DNA of 64,000 bases from NCBI GenBank assembly GCA_043228905.1, contig JBHGNT010000010.1:15004001-15068000 (forward strand). The letters are read 5' to 3'. The translations under genes were made by a program, and so were the position numbers. Shown one piece after another: positions 38,878 to 49,401 of this stretch. Position 1 is the first letter of the stretch, and each line of letters begins with the position of its first letter. The notes under the pieces are model-generated. The model saw only the letters and a program-made list of their open reading frames with translations, was not told the origin of the DNA and searched no databases. This DNA is from Azolla caroliniana. Its lineage: Eukaryota > Plantae > Polypodiophyta.

Positions 38878-41800
38878 GACAATTTGTCGGAACCTCGTCG
38901 GGTCGCATACCTTTCCCGTATCGGGACGAAGCTTGACGGTTCTGTCCAGAGGAGTCGAGATGGACTTACAGTCGGCCATCCCGAGTTTGAACAGCATACT
39001 CAGCACGTAATGACGTTGGCTGATCAATATGCCTTCGGGGGTACGGATCACTTCGATCCCGAGGAAGTAATGAAGGTCCCCCAGATCCTTCATGTCGAAC
39101 GATGCCGCAAGCTGGAGCTTCACGCAGTCGATTTCACCTAGGTCGGCGCCGGTGATGACCAAGTCATCAACATACAGTAAAATACTAACCGGTCCGAGTC
39201 GACCTGTCCGGATGAACAGGGAAGAGTTGGATTTTGACGTGACGAAGCCCATCCGACACAGTTGTTGCGTGATCTTTGCGTTCCAGGCACGCGGGGCTTG
39301 CTTTAGTCTGTAAAGGGACTTCTTCAGTCGGCATACTGCCGAGGAGTTCGTTCCGGAGTGAAATTTGGGGGGTTGTACCATGTACACCTGTTCCTCAAGG
39401 TCACCTTGCAAGAACGCATTCTTTACATCCATCTGATGTAAGTGCCACCCCTTCGCCACAGCTACTGCCAGCAAAACACGGACGGTCGTTATTTTCGCAA
39501 CCGGCGCAAACGTCTCATCGTACTTGATGCCGTGTTTCTGCGCGTAGCCCTTTGCCACTAGCCGAGCCTTGTACCGGTTGACCGAGCCATCGGTGTTGTA
39601 CTTGACCTTGTACACCCACCTACACCCGATCGGCTTCACACCCTTCGGTGCGTCAACCAGGTTCCAGATCTCGTTCTCTGCCAATGCGTGCATCTCTTCC
39701 TCCATCGCGGCACGCCAATTCGCGTCTTTAGCCGCTTCTGTGTAGCTCTCTGGCTCACGCACTTCCGCTACACGGGTCATGTACGCATAATGATGCGCCA
39801 TGTACTCGTTGTATCCGAACCGCACAACTGGGTTCTTTTGGCAGGTAGATCGGCGTAATCTCACATTAGCCGATGTCGAGGCCTTCTCGGTCGACACGGT
39901 CTTCATCTTAAAAGACCTGTCACCGGTTCCCTCGGAGTCGGACTCGCGTCGGTCTGACTCGTTCCTTTCCGTGCCGGAATCCGACACCTTCTTCTTCCCT
40001 TTCTCTTTGCGCGTAAGCCGTCTCCTCGGCTTCCTGCGCGGGGAATGCACGGCCGAGTCTCCACTACTCGCCGGCTCTTCATCGAACGGGTCGTACCGAC
40101 TCAGTCGTCCAATCGATCCACTTAACCGGAGTGAAATCGGACTCTCTTCGCAGGTCTCGATTTCGGGCTCATCCGGAGGCATATCGGCCTCGCTGACCTC
40201 ATCGTTAGAGCTTGTATTGGAGTCGGGGTTCCGAGTCGGCGGGAAGTACCAGGACGCGAACTTGTCAAACACAACGTCGCGGCTGACACGCGCTTGTTTG
40301 GTGCGAGGGTTATAGCACTTATAACCCTTCTGCTCGTCCGAGTAACCGACCAAGATGCACTTCTCGGCCTTTGCGTCCAGCTTCCTCCTTTTCTCCTTCA
40401 GTACATGCACATACGCAATGCTACCGAACACCCTCAAGTGTCGCAAGTTCGGCTTCGTTCCAAAATATAGCTCGTGCGCCGACACTTTGTCTCTAATCTG
40501 GTTCTGGATGTATACCGCGGTCCTTACCGCCTCGGCCCAGTAGAACTTGGGCAAACTCTTCTCCTCCAGCATTGCCCGTGCCGCTTCCACAACTAACCGA
40601 TTCTTCCTCTCGACCACGCCATTCTATTCTGGCATGTATCTACAACTGAATTCGCGCCGAATTCCCATTTGTTGTAGATAACCGTTGAATTGACCGGAAA
40701 AGTACTCTTTCCCGCCATCCGACCGCAGGCACTTGATCTTTCGTCCCGTTTCCATTTCCACGAACCCTTTGAGGTCCCGGAAACAGTCGAAGAATTCGCT
40801 CTTCCTCTCAATGAGGTAGATCCACGTGTGCCGCGTGTGGTCGTCGATGAAGGAGACGAAGTATCGGCTCCCGCCAAGACTAGCGTTTTGTGCCGGCCCC
40901 CACACATCCGAGTGTATAAGGTCGAGCTTGTTCCGGCTCCGGTTTTGCTCATTGGGGAAAGGAAGTCGGTGTTGCTTCCCGAGCTGGCAGGCTTCACAAA
41001 TTTGTGCCTTTCGGCCACTAAACTTGGGCAATCCGGACACTACCTGTTTCGATTACAGATCTTGAAGCCGCTGGTGGTTGACGTGGCCTATCCGCTTGTG
41101 CCACAAGTCGATGTCCGACTCGGCTTTTTGTCCCTTTGCGAACATTGCGGTGCCGCCGTCAGTGGAATCGAGGATGAACATCCTCCCGTCTCTGCGCCCT
41201 TGCGCGATCACACGGCCTTCTTCCTCAATGAAGCACCCGAGGTGTGTAAACCGAACCTCCATCCCTTGGTCGACGATCTGTCCAACCGAGACCAAGTTCT
41301 TCGTGATTGTCGGAACGTGCAGCACGTTCATGAGTTTCCCTTTCTGCCCAACATGGCTAAGGGGAACTTCTCCGACATTCGCGATCGGATGCGGAGTGTC
41401 GTCTCCTGTTGCGACTACTCCCGGTTGTATCGGTTTTTCAAGGTACGAGAACCACTCCTTATGGCTCATCATGTGGTTTGACGCGCCGGAGTCCACGTAC
41501 CACACCTCGTCCGATCTCGGGGTGTTCTGCTTCATTGAGTTTGGTTTGTGTCTCATCACGAAGGCAGTCCCTTCTCCGGCTCTCCCGGAGTCTTCGGCGT
41601 AGTGCGATCGCTGCCGATTTCCCTTGTCGGTATGTCTGGAGCCGTTCCCGGAACCAGTTCTCTCCGAATCGGCGCGCTTCTTCCAGCACTCACTTTCCTT
41701 GTGGCCTTTCTTGCCACAGTACCAGCACTCCGCGATGGCCTTCCCTTGCCGGTTCTCATCGCTTCGACTCCCCCTATTTCCGGAGGGTCCAGAGTTGCTG

Positions 41801-42513
41801 TCGGCATCACTTCGGTGCCTTCTTTCTTGATCTCGTCGGCCGCCTCCATTGCGTGCCGACTCGCCTCGTCCTCCACGTCCACGGGGCCTATCTCCCTCCA
41901 TGTACAGCATTCTGTTGTCGGTGTGCGTGCTTGTAGACGCACCCGCGTGGTTCTCCTCTACCAGGAGCATCGACTGTAAGTCAAAAAAGGACGGCGTATT
42001 CTCCCGGGTACACACAGCCGTTCGGAACGCTCCAAACTTCGACGCCAAACCTCCGAGACAGATCTGGACCATCTCGCTCTCCTCGATGTTCACCTCTATG
42101 GAGGCGAAGGAGTCGCAGATATCCTTGATCTTCGAGGTATAGTCCGCCACCGACAAGTCGCGTTGTAGTAGGTTGCTCAACTCCTGTCGGAGCTGAAGCT
42201 TCCTGGCTGTGGTGCTCGCGGCGAAAATCTTCTTCAGATTTTCCCACGCACCCTTCAGCGTCTTTGCATCCCGAACATAGCTCAATAGTTGTTCGCCCAC
42301 ACACGACGCGAAGCAATATAATACCCTGCTCGCCGATTGCTCCCACGACGGGAAGTCTCTGTGTGTCGATTCGGGTGCCGCGTCATTAGCTCCTTCAACA
42401 TAACTCCAGTAGCCGTGCCCGAGCAAGTACTGGTGCATCTTGTAGGACCAAGACGCGTAGTTGGTTCTGTCGAGCTTCTCTGTTGGAAGCAAGCTCGCCA
42501 TGCCTTTATCCAT
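38878..42513 (-). pseudogene. Copia G gag-PR-INT-RT with two in-frame stops
   Basis: ORFs 42513-41053, 41040-40624 and 40617 onward; CWYCGKKGHKESEC, YVDSGAS, QMDVKNAFL, YVDD. Confidence 0.95.
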
Positions 42514-42920
42514 CGTTCTTCTTGTTCTTCTTCGTCAAGCTATGTCAGCTACAGAGAGGTTCTCAACCCTCGCGCTCTGATACCATGTAGAAAGTAACGT
42601 GCGGAAGCAAGTATGAAGACCGAACAGAAGGAAGGAAACTCAGGTTTAATGGAGAGCTTGAGCTTACATGGTATACGCGGGAGAGACAGAGAGAGTGAAC
42701 TCAAAAAACTATATTCAACAATAATACTCAATCTGTACATAAGACGTTGTCGTGAAGTACGAAAGCTTCACATTAAAAGTCTACAATAAGATAAATACGT
42801 AACTAAAATAACATTTGATAATGTTTTATATATAAAGATAATATTAACAACACATATGATAATATTATATATATGTAAAGAAAAATAATATATATATATA
42901 TAGATAAATATATTATATTA

Positions 42921-42993
42921 CACGAACAAGAGAGGACTTGAACCAATAACCCCACCCTATGACTCTCAAATCTTACCATTTACTCTACACTAA
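42921..42993 (-). other. Degenerate tRNA-like A/B-box module
   Basis: Minus strand TAGAGTAAATGGTAAG...GGTTCAAGTCC. Confidence 0.5.
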
Positions 42994-43089
42994 TAATATT
43001 CATAAAATAAAGCATACTTTATATATACTTTATATTACATAAAGGATTTGCTTCATGATATAAAAATAAAGTTGCATGTTGTATTCAAT

Positions 43090-43160
43090 AATATTTTGAG
43101 ACTCGAACCCACAACCTCATACACTAAAGTCAACACACCTACCATTAGGCTAGGCCCTTT
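43090..43160 (-). other. tRNA-like A/B-box module
   Basis: Minus strand TAGCCTAATGGTAGGT...GAGGTTGTGGGTTCGAGTCTCA. Confidence 0.7.
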
Positions 43161-43473
43161 CTCTTTAAGGTTATGTTTTCATGTTTGTTGTTATTGCATA
43201 TATTGTTTCATACATAAAAGCTCAAATGAGCGAGATGTTTATCATGCATCACATGTAATGCATGAACGCCAAATGGCGATCATGCATCACATGCATTTCA
43301 TGCACTACATGCATGATTTGTACCCTCCAATGCATCATATGCATGGGGGCACCTATTTAAATGGTGAAAGAGAAGATCAAAGGGGGATAGGTATGAGATA
43401 TCAATCAAATTATGTATTACATAAGAGATACCACAAAAATAGATAAAGAAGGGAAGAAGTTTAACATAAAGGT

Positions 43474-43545
43474 GGAGCTCTAGCTTGGCGGTCGTGGTGG
43501 TCAACTCTCAACAAGAGGGAGGTGGTTCGAGCCTTATCTTCATCA
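43474..43545 (+). other. tRNA-like A/B-box module
   Basis: TAGCTTGGCGG at 43481; GGTTCGAGCCT at 43524. Confidence 0.55.
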
Positions 43546-44081
43546 AAATATTGAAGTGAAGATTGTAGTGGTCTACGATCAAGAAAGAGAAGAGCGATTA
43601 CCTTGCAAGACAAAGTTCGGAGGTTCAACGACGTGTACAATCATTTTGTAACTCTTTTATCAAATAATTATAAATCTTTTTTATTGCTTCAAATATCATT
43701 CTATATCCTATCTTGTCGTATCTTGTTGATCACTATTTATCTATCTCTACTCTTTCGTCTCTTCCGTCCATAATCCCAGTGATTCCTTCCTCACTTTCAC
43801 GTTATCCTTTGTCTACGCAACGCTACGCTTCTAGGCGAGCCACGCCACGACAACGTGCTCAGTGAGCACTTTTATACAAGTCCTAAAAGGACTGACCGAA
43901 GTACTGACAATACTTCAATGCTCATCAAGAGCCCCTACACTAACTCCCAAATATATTCCTCACGGAATATCTTTCCTAACGACCTCCCGGTTTACGCACT
44001 CGGCCTAACCGATCGGTCCCAACCGATCCGGTCCTCGGCTTCTTCAGCCGATCCGGCTAATGTTGAGCTTGTCTCTCAACA

Positions 44082-46001
44082 GCTTCGCCCAATAATTCAA
44101 CAATATTTCATGGAATTGTTCCCCCCACAGGCTTTCCCAGCTCCGGGCTCGACCCATCCATCGCCAGCTCCACAACACTAGAAGTGGAGGCTTGAAGACC
44201 TCGCCACAATAGAATGGGAGGAGGAAGGCAACACTTAGGCCCCAGAAACCATCGTTCCCCGAAATGAGCACCGGACCCCTCCCGAGGAGGAAACTAATGA
44301 GCGAATAAGCAACCCTAAACCCAAACGTCGTTGACTAGATCAAAAGGACGATCGAAGGTTGGTAAAAGATGCGGCTCCACAACCTACCCCCACAGTAATC
44401 GTTGAAACAAAGCCCCCGCAAGTGCTTGAAAAAATTCCACGGTCCCAATTGACCCTGACCGGAAATACAGAACGAGGCAAAGTCATCCTCATGCCCGATA
44501 ATGTCGTAATGGCTTACCTGGAGATGCCAGTCGTGGCCCCACGAAGCGGTGCTCCATTCGGCACCTCCTTCGAAATCATGAATTCTTGGCCACACAGTAA
44601 ATCAAAGTCTCGCAACGCATGGCGGAGAAGCACGCAGAGAGGTAAATGATCAAGCAAGCTCTGGCCAGAATGGTCGAACGAGAGGAAGAACGTGCTCTAA
44701 GCAAGATCGACCGAATGTGGAACGCGGATGAGGGCCGTATGGGAATCGAGTTGCCCCCATTAAACATTGCCTTAGTCGAAGTTCACAAGGAACTCGCCAC
44801 AGTGCAGAACAATGTGAAGGATATGATTTGTAAGAACAAGATGGCGAAGAAGGCCGAAAAGTACGCCAATCAGCAACTTGAGGAGGCCCAAAAGACAATC
44901 GCGGAATTGGAACACCGCCTACAAGAAGCCACGGCCTCAACCACCACCGCAGCCTCCCATACACCCGAATTACAAAAACTCCACAAGGAGGTCGAGGCTC
45001 AAACGATGATAGTAGCCATGGTGAAAAAAGCAGTAGAAATCTTCAACACTGAGATCGAAAGACTCCGCTCCGAACTCCGACACTGAAAACTTAGACACTA
45101 AAATCACGGCTCACGCAAAGATGACCGAAGAGCTCAATAAGAGAAAGGAAGAAATTGGTCGAGCTCAAGGGATCATCACGACACTGCAGGAGGCCACGCA
45201 AAAAAAACACCAATGGTACAAGGAACAAATCAAGATGCAACAAAACACGTGAGTGGGCGAAGTACGCTTGAACAATGAAATGGGTCGACTCGAAGTGTTT
45301 CACGATAAAGAATCCAAACTATGGTAGGCAGTAAAAGAGCGGTACGAAGAAAACGTCGCCTCCAGTGCAAGCAAAATTTTGAACCTCAAGACGACTCTCA
45401 AGAAGATGCGAATGTGCACAGAGATGAACACAGAGCGCATTAAGGTCCTCCTAGCCACAACACGTGACAAATTTACGTAGCAACTTCAAGCGACGTTGAA
45501 CACTAGATGGATCGAATGGGCAAAGCATGCCGCAGAGCTCCACACATATCGGGCCGACCAAGAGAATTGGTTGAAAGACGGGAAGGGCTTCTATAAACTT
45601 AACTAGGAAGCATTGTCACGGTCTGCGAGGACCTTACGCAAGACTATCAAGCCCTGGTCGATCGCCACTCTGAGGAGATAGTGCAACTGCTAGAAGAGTT
45701 CGGCGACAGTCAGCGCGATAACTCCCTCCAACTCTAGGCATTCGAAAATGAGCAAATGAAGGCAGAAGAGGGTAAAAGGGCGGTCGCCACCATACTCCCC
45801 GACAACAACTCCGGGGAGCTCACAATCGAAGGACCCCAACAACCGGAAGAAGAAATCCCAAAGGTCACCACGGCGCCAAACCCACCCTTGGATGCACAAT
45901 CGGATTCCCGCGACGCCACGACGGAAGATACGGCTGAAGGCCCTACGCAAGAAACGCTACACGCAGAGTCGACAAGAGAAGCTACACACGCAGTAGAATA
46001 G
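44082..46001 (+). pseudogene. C-terminal part of the decayed accessory ORF (Pro-rich linker and long coiled-coil-like region)
   Basis: E/K/Q-rich helical fragments (44646-45086 and others) ending just before PPT GAAGAGGGGG at 46212. Confidence 0.55.
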
Positions 46002-46225
46002 TTGCAAGCAGAACAAGCACCGCACTATTAGAAGAAGGCTCGTAGCAAGAACAACCGCAAGAGGTTGCACTAGAGCCGATAGAACCCGCCAGCCTCCCAA
46101 GCGTGCCATGTGTCGGCCACCTTGGACGGCCAAGTGGGAAAGGTCGAGAAGGAGAAAAGACAAAGGGACGGTTACGGCAAGCGAAGAAGACCGGTGGGGC
46201 CGTAGCATAATGAAGAGGGGGTAAC

Positions 46226-46620
46226 AGTCGTAGCGTAGGGACAACTGAAGTGTAATTAATATGTTTAGAAAGAGTAATGGTTCACGCGTTGAGCGTAACC
46301 GACCATAACCCTATATATAAATGGCATGGAAAACTTCTAATAACTAGCGATAATTTTGTATTCAAGCATCTGCAATATAGTTTCTGTTTGCCTGACTTTC
46401 TGTGTTCTTGTAACTCTCCGTCTCTGTTTCTGTGTCGAGTCATATACGATGTGTATGTTGTTGCATAAGAAGTCGATTGTAGGCGTCTTCCGAATCTCCA
46501 CAGTCTCCACGATTACGGTAACACTTACGAGCTCAATGTATAGTAATCCGTATCACGGTTATGGTGTACTCTCCCATTTCCTAACCACAATTCAGCATCG
46601 TGTCACCTTAACCAGTAACA
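46226..46620 (+). repeat. Probable 3' LTR of the element carrying the accessory ORF
   Basis: Follows the PPT; TATA CCTATATATAA near 46310; ends ...GTAACA where chromovirus integrase coding begins; termini imperfect. Confidence 0.55.
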
Positions 46621-48428
46621 ATCGACTCCTTATTTTATGATACTGCCATGACATGCCAATGGACAAACATTTTGGAGTTCACAAAACTTTGGAATTAGTT
46701 TCTAGAAATTATTGGTGGCCACATCTTCGTAATTATGTTGAGGACTACATTCGCAATTGTGATGCATGTTGTCGGTCCAAGTGTCAACGACATCGACCGC
46801 ATGGTTTACTCCAACCCTTACAAGTTCCTGATGGTCCCTGGAAGTCTATATCTATGGATTTCATTACTGGTCTTCCTTCTTCCAAAGGTTTTGATTCCAT
46901 CCTTATTGTTGTAGATCGGTTCACTAAGATGTCATATTTTCTACCATGCACAAAGACTTTTAATAGTCAAGAGACAACATATTTGGTTATGTGTGAAGTG
47001 TTTCAACATCATGGTCTTCCTAATGATATCATTAGTGATTGAGGCCCACAATTTATCTCGACACTTTGGAAACACTTGCTTGGACTCCTCCAAATTGATT
47101 GTAAACTCTCTTCAAGCTTCATCCAGAGATTGATGGTCAAACCGAATGTACCAATCAAACCTTGGAACAATACCTTCGTTGCTTCATCAATTATCAATTG
47201 GATGATTGGTTAAACTATTTGCATTTTGCGGAGTTCTCTTAGAATAATTCAGTTCATTCTTCTACCAAACTTATTCCCTTCTTTGCCAACATAGGTGTTC
47301 ATCCCTGTTGGACAATGCTTGACCATCCAAAAATCTTGAAAAACCCTACTGTGGAGGATCGCCTACGTCGTATCCAGGAAATTAATATTGTTGTTTCTCA
47401 TCATTTACATAATGCTCAAGCCACCCATAAGAAATTTGCAGATTGTCATCGACTCGACTCATCACCAGAAAAACCCAAATTTCAAGTTGGAGATCGTGTA
47501 TGGCTCTTACGACGTAGTGAAGACCACTAGGCCTTGTAACAAGTTGGATTATCAACATCTTGGTCCATATTTAATCACGAAACAAATCAATGAAGTTGCT
47601 TTTCATCTCGATCTCCCTCCTCATACATGCATCTTCATCCAGTGTTCCATATCTCACTCTTGGAACCTTATGCTTCAAACTCTATTCCAGACTGTGTTGC
47701 TCCCCCTCCACCTCCTATTCAGGTTGATGAAGGCCCGGAATATGAAGTGAAATCCATTTTGGACTCTAAAGTTGTGAACAACAAATTGTATTATTTCGTT
47801 GATTGGTCGGGTTATACACCTACAGATCGAACATGGTAGCCAGCTAAAAATCTCAATAATACCACAGAACTTGTAGCCGAATTTCATCAACAATATCCGA
47901 ATAAGCCAAGTCTTAGTTCGTGGATTGCGACTCGTGGAACTCGTAATCAAAGGAAGGGGATAATGTTATGAACATATACCAAGACTGTAAGACTCGTAAT
48001 AGAGATTCAAACCCAAGACCTCCTAAAAAAGGATGTGTAGGTTTAACCACTAAAATCTATTATATTACATATATTAAAATATACATGCTTATATTAGATC
48101 AATAAAAAACATATATACTATTATGAAATCTTGCCACCGCATAGGCTAGCGCATGATTACTAAGTGTCCTGCTTGCACGAATGCCAAGTGGCAATCATGC
48201 GTGCTTATGAGGTGGCGAGCATGCATGTATCCAAAGCATGATATATAAACATGTAACGAAGTATTGATGAACCATTCCAATTCAACGCCAGACTTCGGCA
48301 TACTCTTGTAACCCTTGTTCTCATTGTTGATACATTGTCAACATCTTATTTCTCTCTCATTCCTCTCTTATTTGATACTTCTAATTCTCGTCTTCATTTT
48401 CAACTTGTCTTTGGCTACGGCCTTGACA
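46621..48428 (+). mobile_element. Chromovirus (Tcn1-like) 3' half: integrase, chromodomain, PPT and 3' LTR (47964-48428)
   Basis: CHDMP..HFG...YWWP...[36 protein letters not shown]...YFVDWSGY...TW; PPT AAGGAAGGGGA; TGTTATG...TGACA. Confidence 0.9.
47995..48065 (-). other. tRNA-like A/B-box module in the chromovirus LTR U3
   Basis: Minus strand TAGATTTTAGTGGTTAAACC...GGAGGTCTTGGGTTTGAATCTC. Confidence 0.6.
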
Positions 48429-48668
48429 TCGTGCTCCTGCCTTGAGTTGGTCGGGCTCCTGGTGACAGAGGGGATCCTTTTTATAGAGTCGAGCTCCTGG
48501 TTACAGAGGTTGTTAGACAACGAGGCTCCTAGTGACAAACGTTGTCAGCTTTTTATCCACGTTGGACGGTGGAGATCGCACACGCCATTAGCTGAGCGAC
48601 CTGCGCCGTCCGCGCCCGCGATTCCCTCACGTGCTCTCTTTAATTTTTTGTAGCAATTAGACACGAGC
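48429..48668. mobile_element. Terminus (TIR) of an older, related MULE
   Basis: GATCGCACACGCC...GATTCCCTCAC...TAGACACGAGC resembles the TIR at 56360-56466. Confidence 0.7.
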
Positions 48669-49401
48669 ATATGTATGTATGTATGTGTGTGTGTGTGTGT
48701 GTATGTAATTAGACACGAGCGTATGGCTCGTGTCTATTCTACATCAAATCATAAAGAGGGCTGGTGAGGGAATCGCGGCCACAGACGGTGTAGATCGCTT
48801 AGAGGAAGGCGCGTGCGATCTGCACCGTCAGATTTCGATAAGGAAGAACGCGCGAAAAAAAAAGTTGTCAGAGGTCGCCCAACCCTGTCAGAGGTCGCCC
48901 AACTCTGAGTCGTTGGTCGCCCAACTCTGACTGTTGCAAGTCGCCCAACCATTTTAGGTCCCCCAACCCTGACATTTGCAGGTTGCCCAACCGATTGGTC
49001 GCCCAACCGTTGCAGGTCGCCCAACCAAATGTATCATTTCGACCAAAATCTTCAAATAAGCTTGTTCATTACCCTTAAAACTTACAATAACATATCAAAC
49101 AGTCACAAAATCCAACCTTAAATTATTCAAAATCGACGATCTTTACCATACTTATGTTAAAACAAATAATCATATTAAAACATAAAAGTTAAAACTTAAA
49201 AAACTTAAAACTTAAAACAGAGAACGTAAATCCACTTTAAACACCGTAAACCCAAATCAAAGGATGACATACTTGAATAAGGAAACTTAAAACATAAATC
49301 AACATATGACATACTCCCAAATGCACTCATAAATCAACATAAATCCACTTGAAACATTGTAAACCCAAATGCACCGGTCTGCAAAACCACCCAAGCTACG
49401 T

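Larger units (their letters stand above)
42748..43852 (+). repeat. AT-rich solo LTR with Trp-gypsy termini, inside the 5' LTR of copia G
   Basis: TGTCGTGAAG...CACGACA; ACGT on both sides; the empty site AAGACGTGCTC is visible in the copia 3' LTR near 30517. Confidence 0.92.
30361..44081 (-). mobile_element. Full-length Ty1/copia element G with 5-bp TSD GCTTC; hosts gypsy F and a solo LTR
   Basis: 3' LTR 30361-30748; PPT 30749-30759; 5' LTR 42586-44081 split by 42748-43852; PBS-iMet; GCTTC at 30356-30360 and 44082-44086. Confidence 0.95.

Noticed and set aside
46643-46653. ...CCATGACA as an LTR end
   Set aside because: It encodes CHD of the chromovirus integrase zinc finger, so the LTR must end earlier (~46620)
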